The notes under the pieces are model-generated. The model had not been told where the DNA came from. It was given only the letters and a program-made list of their open reading frames with translations, and did not search any database. A program made the position numbers and the translations under genes. Below are positions 1 through 6,469 of a stretch of 12,517 nt of DNA, piece after piece (positions within the stretch are counted from its first letter, which is position 1; every line of letters starts with the position of its first letter). Origin of the DNA: Armatimonadia bacterium (GTDB taxonomy: Bacteria; Armatimonadota; Zipacnadia; Zipacnadales; UBA11051); assembly GCA_039683575.1 (NCBI GenBank), contig JBDKRC010000163.1, forward strand, positions 1 through 12,517, read 5' to 3'.

Positions 1-212
1 TCCCCCTCTCCCCGCCGCCCGCTACCATCTGTCATTCTGAGCGAAGCGAAGAATCCCCATCTCCCCGCCGCCCGCTACCCTTGTCATTCTGAACGAAGCG
101 AAGAATCCCCCTCCTCGCCTCCCGCTACCCTTGTCATTCTGAGCGAAGCGAAGAATCCCCATCTCCCCGCCGCCCGCTACCCTTGTCATTCTGAACGAAG
201 CGAAGAATCCCC
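1..212 (+). repeat. Tandem array of TGTC-headed REP-like palindromes (TGTCATTCTGARCGAAGCGAAGAATCCCC) with near-constant C-rich linkers; probably continues past the left edge
   Basis: Core copies at 30-58, 82-110, 132-160 and 184-212 (periods 52, 50, 52). Each has an ATTCT/AGAAT stem around GCGAAGC or ACGAAGC. Linkers share CCCGCTACC. The window starts with TCCCC, which matches the end of a further copy. Confidence 0.9.
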
Positions 213-226
213 CATAGGCAGTGCAG

Positions 227-263
227 AGATCCTTCGTCGCAAACGACGCTCCTCAGGATGACA
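227..263 (-). repeat. Inverted, longer variant of the same REP-like element (TGTCATCCTGAGGAGCGTCGTTTGCGACGAAGGATCT on the minus strand); may help terminate or stabilise the transcript ending at 285
   Basis: Has the TGTC head, an ATCCT/AGGAT outer stem and a CGTCG/CGACG inner stem. It faces the copy at 184-212 and lies 21 nt beyond the stop codon at 285. Confidence 0.8.
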
Positions 264-284
264 CGCCCACTCCCACCCTCCTCC

Positions 285-3239
285 TCACTCCCCCAACCTC
301 ACCTCCGCCAGCCTCCCCGTATCATGGAACCCCGTCGCATACGTCGGCGCCCACGCCAACAGGTCCCCGCCTCCCGGCGAGTTCCGGTAGAAATTCGCAT
401 ACACCTTCCCCTCCGCCGCCCCCGGCGCCAGCTTCTCCAGCGGCAGCGCCAGCTTCACCACCCACCGCTCCTTCTCACCCCGCTCCGACACCACCACTGC
501 CCCGCTCGACCACGCCGTCTGCTCGGTCTTCCACGCCTGCTCAAACACCCGCCCATCCGGCCCCACGCATAGCTGACGGTACCACCCGCCCCGCGCTGGC
601 GCAAAGAACAGCTCCCAATCGTCCCCGTCCCACACATCCGGCCCCTGTCGCAGCGTCCCCGGCTTCATCCACTCCGTCAGTTGCAGGTACAGCCACGTTC
701 CGTCATGCGCCGCCAGCGTCTGCAGCTTCCGCTCGGTCTTATCCCCGCCCAGCGTCCCCCATCCCTTCAAATCCAGCGCCTTCCCCCAGTCCACCTTAGC
801 CGGGTCGCCCCCGGCCTCACTTACTTTTGGGACCGTCACCACCGCCGGAGCTTGCCGGCGCGCCTCCGCATGTCTCGCCGCCTTCTCCCGCCCCTCGACG
901 ATCGGCTGCCATATCCCCCGCTCAAACAGTCCCACCCGCTCCTTCTCGATCTCCGTCCGCGCGCAAGCCTTCGCCTCGTCCATCATCTTCTGCAGCTCCG
1001 CCACCCGCTCCGCCGTTCCAATCGCCCCCCACGCCAGCGCCTCCGTCTGGTGCTGGTGCGCCGGAGACTTCTGTATCTCTTCCGGGTAGTACTTCGGGTT
1101 GCTAAACAAGTCCTCAATCCGGCAGTACAGCGCCTTCATCGGCTTGCCCGCCGAACCATAGTACCGCGTGAAGAACTCCTCGATCAGCCTATTGCCATCC
1201 AGCGTAGGATCATCCGCCATCTTGAAGGTCACGTAGAACTCAAGCTGATCCATCAGGTACGTGGCATCACACTCGCTCGAATTCTCCAGGAATATCCCAT
1301 TGATCCCCGCCTTCCGATACATCCCCATCTGCTCGACCACCTCGTGCGCGAAGAACCCCGGCCAGTAGTTGAAGCTCCCGTATTTGGCGTTCAGCGCCGG
1401 GAAGCAGTAATACAGCCACAGGTAGATCGGCCGGTCCTTCTGCGCCGTCCACTCCTTGAGCACCCGCCGGTCGTTGACTTCCATAGACGGGCACCACCAG
1501 TTCCGCGTGTGCAAACAGAGCTGCACCGACACGTTCTTCTCCGGCTTCACCTTCACCGGATAGTACGCATACGTCGAGTACGCGAGTTGCCCGATCCACT
1601 TGTCCGGATGCGTCTTGGCGACTTCCCGTGCCACCTTGTTCGTGAAGTTGAAAATGTAGTCGCTGGCATACCCGTTGTTGAACTGCGGGTTATCCTTCTC
1701 GGCCGCATTCAGCTCCTTCTGGCACCGCTCGCACTTGCACCAGCTACTGTTGTCCATCGGCACCAGCCCGAACATGTCCTCCGTCGCCGCCGACCCCGCC
1801 GGCGCGCCCTTGCCGTCGAAGTAGTCCCGCGCGTCCTTCACCACCTGCGCGATCAGTTCCGGATTCGTGTAGCAGAGCTGCGGCGGCTTGCCGGTATACC
1901 CCTGCGCAAACCAGTCCGGGTGGTCCTTGAGGAACCGGTCATAGTACCCGTAGAACGAATGCCCCACCGTCAGCGCCCGCCCACCGATCCTGTTGCGCAG
2001 TCGCCACACGTTCACATCGTTCGCCGACGCCTTCTCCTTCGGCGTGGGCATGTACATGTACGAGCCCGCATGCCACCGGTGTATCATCCAGGGCTTGCGC
2101 CGCACGTCTTTCCCCGTCACCACCAGCGTCTTGCTCACCGGGTAGACTTCCCCCACCTTCCCCGGCGCATACCACCTCACCCCGCACTGCTTCTCCAGGA
2201 AGTCATACGCCGCATAGAGCGTCCCGTTGCTCTGAAACACCCGCGGCGCCGGATACCTGAACCCCTCATTCGCGCTGTTGCGCGACAGCGAACCCGGCTC
2301 CTCCAGATGCATCAGCGCCAGCGTCTGCGCGTCAGCCTCGTATGGCCCGCCCGCCGCCCCTGCCATCGGCGTCCGCACGTCGCGGGTGATGCGCACCTCA
2401 TCAATGACCCCAATGAACGGATTGCCAATGACAGCGCTATCGCCCCGCCCGATTCCGCCGATCCCAATCTGCGCCCCCTGGCAAGTGGTCTTCACGTAAT
2501 CCGTCGTCCCCACGCTCTTCCCATCGATGAACAACTCCATCTTCCCGCTCTTCAGATCATGCGTCCCCACCACATGGTGCCAGCCCTCGGCCAACTCCCC
2601 CGAAGCCAGCCCGTGCCCCCGCTTGCCGTCATAGGTCGTATAGCTGATTCGGCTGCTGTTCAGATCCCGCTGGATGATGTGGTAAGTCCAGGGGTTTCCC
2701 CCGTCCATCCGTATGATGGTCGCATGCTTGGCGGGAACCTCCTTCGGCATCCACACCCAGGCCTCCAGGGTCCCGCACTCGTCATCGAAATCCACGTCCC
2801 TGAGCTCAATGACCTGCCCGCCGCTGAACTTCTGCCCCTTCCCGTGCTTCCCCGCCACACTCTCCGGCGTCACCCCCACCTCTTTCTCCGCCGTATCTTG
2901 CCCCATCAACACCACGGTATCCGGCAGAAACTTCACCACATACTCCTCCGCCTTCATCCCCCTGCTACTGAGCTTCAGCTTCTCCGTAGCCGCACTCTCT
3001 CCCACGAGAATCCGTGCCCCCGTAACCTCCCCCGTATCCGCCACCACCGGCAGCCGCGCGCCGGTAATAGCCTGCACATGGTACTGCAACTCCGCCGCCG
3101 CAAACCCCGCCGCGGGAGAGGGCGCCCCCGCAATAACAATAGTCGCGCAAGCCTTCCCATCCCGCACCAAAGTAACCCCCGCCCCCCAGGCCGTCCCCAC
3201 CATCACCAGACAAATCGCAACCAGCAGTACCCTGTTCAT
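285..3239 (-). CDS. Secreted DUF4838-type protein (984 aa): GH20/GH67-like N-terminal domain with an inserted LamG jelly-roll, DUF4838 core, and a C-terminal CBM9-like domain
   Basis: Start moved from 3407 to the ATG at 3239, because GGAGG lies 7 nt upstream and a signal peptide follows (MNRVLLVAICLVMVGTAWG). Motifs: AAAELQYHVQAITGARLPVV, GTLYAAYDFLEKQCGVRWYAPG, GHSF, HPDWFA, QLCYTNPE, PMD..WCKCERC, LAY. LamG motifs: GTLEAWV, WHHVVGT, LFIDG, FIGVIDEVRI. CBM9-like motifs: AHDGTWLYL, VWDGDDWELFF, WVVKLALPL, ANFYR. Confidence 0.9.
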   Translation of the reverse strand: MNRVLLVAICLVMVGTAWGAGVTLVRDGKACATIVIAGAPSPAAGFAAAELQYHVQAITGARLPVVADTGEVTGARILVGESAATEKLKLSSRGMKAEEYVVKFLPDTVVLMGQDTAEKEVGVTPESVAGKHGKGQKFSGGQVIELRDVDFDDECGTLEAWVWMPKEVPAKHATIIRMDGGNPWTYHIIQRDLNSSRISYTTYDGKRGHGLASGELAEGWHHVVGTHDLKSGKMELFIDGKSVGTTDYVKTTCQGAQIGIGGIGRGDSAVIGNPFIGVIDEVRITRDVRTPMAGAAGGPYEADAQTLALMHLEEPGSLSRNSANEGFRYPAPRVFQSNGTLYAAYDFLEKQCGVRWYAPGKVGEVYPVSKTLVVTGKDVRRKPWMIHRWHAGSYMYMPTPKEKASANDVNVWRLRNRIGGRALTVGHSFYGYYDRFLKDHPDWFAQGYTGKPPQLCYTNPELIAQVVKDARDYFDGKGAPAGSAATEDMFGLVPMDNSSWCKCERCQKELNAAEKDNPQFNNGYASDYIFNFTNKVAREVAKTHPDKWIGQLAYSTYAYYPVKVKPEKNVSVQLCLHTRNWWCPSMEVNDRRVLKEWTAQKDRPIYLWLYYCFPALNAKYGSFNYWPGFFAHEVVEQMGMYRKAGINGIFLENSSECDATYLMDQLEFYVTFKMADDPTLDGNRLIEEFFTRYYGSAGKPMKALYCRIEDLFSNPKYYPEEIQKSPAHQHQTEALAWGAIGTAERVAELQKMMDEAKACARTEIEKERVGLFERGIWQPIVEGREKAARHAEARRQAPAVVTVPKVSEAGGDPAKVDWGKALDLKGWGTLGGDKTERKLQTLAAHDGTWLYLQLTEWMKPGTLRQGPDVWDGDDWELFFAPARGGWYRQLCVGPDGRVFEQAWKTEQTAWSSGAVVVSERGEKERWVVKLALPLEKLAPGAAEGKVYANFYRNSPGGGDLLAWAPTYATGFHDTGRLAEVRLGE

Positions 3240-3305
3240 GGCCCATCCTCCAAAAGAGGTAGTCGCAAAAAGTAGTTCCCTCTCCTCCTCCCCCCTCCCT
3301 GCCTT

Positions 3306-3345
3306 ATCCTGCTCATCCTTGCCTCTATCCTTCCCATCCTGTAAA
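3306..3345. repeat. Four ATCCT(G/T) short direct repeats in the divergent intergenic region
   Basis: ATCCT occurs at 3306, 3315, 3327 and 3336 (spacing 9, 12, 9). Confidence 0.6.
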
Positions 3346-3394
3346 GTCCCCTCCCAGAAGGTCCCCACCCTCCCCTCGTCGAAACCTCCTACCC

Positions 3395-4480
3395 ATGGCT
3401 CTCCCAACCTTCCGCTTCCGCGACACCACCACTCTCCTCCAGCAATGGGGCCGCGACATGCCCCGCCAGCTCGGCTACGAGGAGACCAACGCCCGCGAGA
3501 ACTTCACCAACTGGCAGCGGAAGGCCCGCCGCAAGCTCAAGGAACTCCTCGGCTTCTGGCCCATGCAGACCGACCCGCAGCCCCTTCAGGCCTGGCAACT
3601 CGCCCACGAGGAGGCCGACGGCTACACCCGCGAGGAATACGCCGTCCAGTCCCCCTTCGGCGATCATCTTTTTCTCTACCGCCTCCTGCCGGACAGTGAC
3701 CCGCGCGCAGTCATGCTGGCCCTCCACGGCCACGGCTTCTACGGCGCCGATCCGGTAGCGGGCGTCATGAAGGGCCGCTACAACGAGGACGCCAGCCTCC
3801 ATACCTGCAACTACGACTACGGCGCCGAGTTTGCCCGCCGCGGCTATATCGTCTACGCCCTGTGCCAGCGCGGCTTCGGCCAGCGCTGCGACGTGGACAA
3901 CCCCGCCACCGGCGCCGACTACGATCCCCGGACAAACCCCATCCCCCCGCCCGGCAGTTCCTGCCTCGACATCAACTCCCGGGCCATCCTCCTGGGCACC
4001 ACCGACATGGCCCTCCGCCTGCAGGACGCCATGCATGTCATCGACTGGATCCACTCCACACCCGCCGAGAAAGCCATGCCGCTCGGCTGCGTGGGCCTCT
4101 CGGGCGGCGGCCACACCACCGAACTCCTCGCCGCCCTCGACACCCGCATCCACGCCGCCAGCATTCAGGGCTACTTCTGCTACTGGGTGGACCAGATCAT
4201 GGACGTCACCCACTGCAACTGCAACTACGTGCCGGGCCTGCTGCGCTGGTTCGAGCAGGACGACATCTGCGGCCTCATCTGCCCGCGCCCGCTACTGGTC
4301 AGCACCGCCGACAAAGACGGCGTCGCCCCGCTAAAGAGCTTCCGCAAGGCCTTCAAGTCACTGAGACAAATCTACCGCGATCAGGGAGTAGAGGGGAATC
4401 TGGAGCAGGACGTCTTCGAGGGCGGCCACGAATTCACAGGCCGCAAAGTCTTCAACTTCTTCGCCAAGCACCTCGGCTAA
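3395..4480 (+). CDS. Cytoplasmic serine alpha/beta-hydrolase (dienelactone hydrolase/acetylesterase-like), 361 aa
   Basis: Oxyanion-region motif LALHGHG, then RGFGQR, nucleophile elbow GCVGLSGGG, likely catalytic Asp in ADKDG and His in FEGGHEF, plus CPRPLL. Codons are strongly C-ending. No signal peptide. The start is uncertain because there is no clear Shine-Dalgarno site. Confidence 0.9.
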   Translation: MALPTFRFRDTTTLLQQWGRDMPRQLGYEETNARENFTNWQRKARRKLKELLGFWPMQTDPQPLQAWQLAHEEADGYTREEYAVQSPFGDHLFLYRLLPDSDPRAVMLALHGHGFYGADPVAGVMKGRYNEDASLHTCNYDYGAEFARRGYIVYALCQRGFGQRCDVDNPATGADYDPRTNPIPPPGSSCLDINSRAILLGTTDMALRLQDAMHVIDWIHSTPAEKAMPLGCVGLSGGGHTTELLAALDTRIHAASIQGYFCYWVDQIMDVTHCNCNYVPGLLRWFEQDDICGLICPRPLLVSTADKDGVAPLKSFRKAFKSLRQIYRDQGVEGNLEQDVFEGGHEFTGRKVFNFFAKHLG

Positions 4481-4528
4481 CATCGGGGTCAGAGAGGGCC
4501 ACCGCCTCAACCGCCCCAAGCCTAAGCT

Positions 4529-4555
4529 TGTCATCCTGAACGAAGTGAAGGATCT
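4529..4555 (+). repeat. Single TGTC-type REP-like element (TGTCATCCTGAACGAAGTGAAGGATCT)
   Basis: Same architecture as the array at 1-212, with compensatory stem changes (ATCCT/AGGAT and AC-GAA-GT). Confidence 0.85.
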
Positions 4556-4618
4556 CTCCCCGACGGGCCGCGCTTCAGCCAGCCCACGCCGTAACCATTC
4601 ATCGGCAACACTCCGGCT

Positions 4619-4889
4619 GTAGGGCGGGGGCTCGTCCCCCGCCGCGCCGTCATCACTGACAAACCATCGCACCGCGCCTCCCGCCGCCTGTAGGAGCGGT
4701 CACCAGACCGCGATGCCGTCATCACCGACCAACCATCGCTCTTAGGAGGGGCCGCATGCCGACAGCCTCACGTCGGCATCCGGCCCACGCCGTCACCACC
4801 GACCCACTTTCGCACCGCCAACTAACTTGCACCCACCCTGTACGAGCGATCACCGATCGCGACGCGGCTACGACCAACGGCCGCACCGC
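4619..4889 (+). repeat. BIME-like array of GTAG-type REP hairpins alternating with a 25-30-nt linker repeat
   Basis: Hairpins: GTAG-GGCGGGGG/CCCCCGCC (4619-4643), GTAG-GA-GCGGTC/GACCGC (4690-4711), GGGCCGCATGCCGAC/GTCGGCATCCGGCCC (4749-4786), GTAC-GA-GCGATC/GATCGC (4840-4860). Linker GCCGTCAYCACYGACMMAC..TCGC starts at 4646, 4715 and 4789, with a degenerate copy at ~4864-4889. Confidence 0.8.
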
Positions 4890-4953
4890 CACGAACTCAG
4901 CATGCAATGTGCGCCCTGCGTTCCTGTCGGGCTCGGAGACCCGTGATGCGCTT

Positions 4954-5778
4954 CTATGAGAAATCGAGTGCTTCCTGCCTGTGGGAGGATTTTCTGACAT
5001 TAGGGAGTGGTGGGGCAAACACGCCGCCAATGATGAACTTGTCGTATGGGTAGACAGTGCCCACGAAGAAGCAGGGCATACGCCGGTCGGGATCAATCGT
5101 TTGCCACATCTTCCGCTTCACGCTATCGACAGCCGCTTTCTCTCCATCCAAACGCTGGCACTCTTTGAGATACAACTGATGTAGTCCCCAGTCTCGCACG
5201 GATTGGAAATGCCCCTGACACGATGTGTCGGAGCAGAAATACCTGTAGCGGAACTTCCACGGCACGCGCTTCAGTGGAAATGGCTTTGTGTCATCCAAAA
5301 GAGTCATCTGAAGCATATGGGCCCTTTGCTGCTGCGACCAGTCTGTGTCATCTGGTTCTACAGCGACGTCTACCACCCTGTCTACTCTGATGAGACCGGA
5401 CGATGTATATGATGAGTGGTATTTGGCCGTAAGCTCTTCGAGTGAATCGCTGACATGCGGCAGCAGGATGTCGCACCGATCCTGCCAGCCGGTCTTGCTG
5501 TCCACTCCGACATGTTCGAGCGTCTGTATGGTATCCCAGATTGGCCGGTGGCTTTCCGGCCGTCTGTCATCATTGGGATGCGTCTTTTTGGCCTGCAGTC
5601 TGATCCATTGATACAGACGAAACTTGCTCTCATCAGCTAGGTACCTGTAAGGAAGCGGATAGAGCCGGACCCAATTGCCATCCGACGTGAGGCCGCCAGT
5701 GCAGACGGTCTCGAGATAGGTATTACTGGGATGAGGGTATGTCTTGACCGTCACAAAAACGTCAAGTTGCTCCGGCAT
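4954..5778 (-). CDS. Uncharacterised 274-aa 'KTYP' protein of the kind found next to DUF488; possibly related to dual-OB-fold nucleic-acid-binding proteins
   Basis: Full ORF with a GGGGAG Shine-Dalgarno site in the 9-nt gap after the DUF488 stop. Family-like motifs: VTVKTYPHPS..Y.ETVCTGG, WVRLYP, F..YQWI, D.RPES, PWKFRYRYFC, DW, FFVGT. The OB-fold relationship is inferred from the C-x-x-G...W-x-R pattern. Confidence 0.85.
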   Translation of the reverse strand: MPEQLDVFVTVKTYPHPSNTYLETVCTGGLTSDGNWVRLYPLPYRYLADESKFRLYQWIRLQAKKTHPNDDRRPESHRPIWDTIQTLEHVGVDSKTGWQDRCDILLPHVSDSLEELTAKYHSSYTSSGLIRVDRVVDVAVEPDDTDWSQQQRAHMLQMTLLDDTKPFPLKRVPWKFRYRYFCSDTSCQGHFQSVRDWGLHQLYLKECQRLDGEKAAVDSVKRKMWQTIDPDRRMPCFFVGTVYPYDKFIIGGVFAPPLPNVRKSSHRQEALDFS

Positions 5779-5787
5779 TTTCTCCCC

Positions 5788-6240
5788 CTATACATGCGTT
5801 ACTTCCAGCCGTCCGTCTCGGCTGACTAACTCGTCGGTTAGGAGGCGACGATGGCATCGCGACGCGTCTCGCTCAAAACACAGAAGGCACACCCGTCTGC
5901 TGTGCAGTTCCGTAAGCAGGTTGTCCACGGTGTCGGACTCATCCACAAGGATCCGTTGCCGATAGATCCGTTCGATGCCGGTGACCCCATGGTGTGATAA
6001 CGCCGCGCGCAGTTCCTTGGGTGTGCCCAATGATGAGAGGTGCACGTATTCGATCCCGCGCTCAAGAAGTGCCTCGCTAAGTCGCCGCTTGGAGAAACCG
6101 GGACGTCTACTCACGGCATTTTGCCGAACGTCCGCGACAAGAGCCACCTTTTCACCCTCCATAAGCTCTACGACCTCGTCTAACGTGCGGCCTTCATAGC
6201 CAATGGTGTATATTTTCGCAGTACTACGCTTGCTCCGCAT
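5788..6240 (-). CDS. DUF488 family protein, 150 aa
   Basis: Start moved to the ATG at 6240, with AGGAG 5 nt upstream. Diagnostic motifs: IYTIGYEG, VADVR, SRRPGFSK, IEYVHLSSLG, CLLCFERDASRCHR (C121, E123, C129-H130-R131). Confidence 0.93.
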   Translation of the reverse strand: MRSKRSTAKIYTIGYEGRTLDEVVELMEGEKVALVADVRQNAVSRRPGFSKRRLSEALLERGIEYVHLSSLGTPKELRAALSHHGVTGIERIYRQRILVDESDTVDNLLTELHSRRVCLLCFERDASRCHRRLLTDELVSRDGRLEVTHV

Positions 6241-6469
6241 GGTCTCTCCTGGATCGGCCCCCGCCGGACTACAATTCGTATTCCCTGTTGTCGTCTCAAG
6301 TCCTCCGCCCAACCACGAGTCTCAACCTCCACCTCAGGGAGTTTCCCCTATGGCAGCTTCACTGACAGGCTACCTTTTCTAAGCCAAGTCTGCCGGACGC
6401 AAAAACCGGCCAGAATCGTTACCTTGGTTAACTTCGTTTGCGCAACTTGGGGGCCGATTTGCACAGCTT

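Noticed and set aside
30-212. CRISPR array (29-nt repeats at regular spacing)
   Set aside because: The spacers are only 21-23 nt and nearly identical, an inverted copy and a dispersed copy exist, and no cas genes are in the window. This fits REP-like repeats.
681-3275. 864-aa plus-strand ORF
   Set aside because: Antisense shadow of the DUF4838 gene. It is rich in Arg, Pro, His and Leu, has no recognisable motifs, and is explained by high-GC codon bias.
3240-3407. N-terminal extension of the 1040-aa ORF, and likewise 6241-6312 for DUF488
   Set aside because: The downstream ATGs have good SD sites and give a signal peptide or the family N-terminus. The 3407 start would also overlap the divergent gene.
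4646-4889. Degenerate CRISPR array
   Set aside because: The repeats are divergent, the spacers are REP-like hairpins related to one another, and there is no leader or cas gene.
4722-5096. 124-aa minus-strand ORF as a third cassette gene
   Set aside because: It overlaps the KTYP gene out of frame, runs through the REP array, and has no SD site or motifs.
6241-6469. Sigma70 promoter for the cassette
   Set aside because: TTGAGA and TTGCGC hexamers exist on the minus strand, but none has a convincing -10 element at 16-18 nt spacing.
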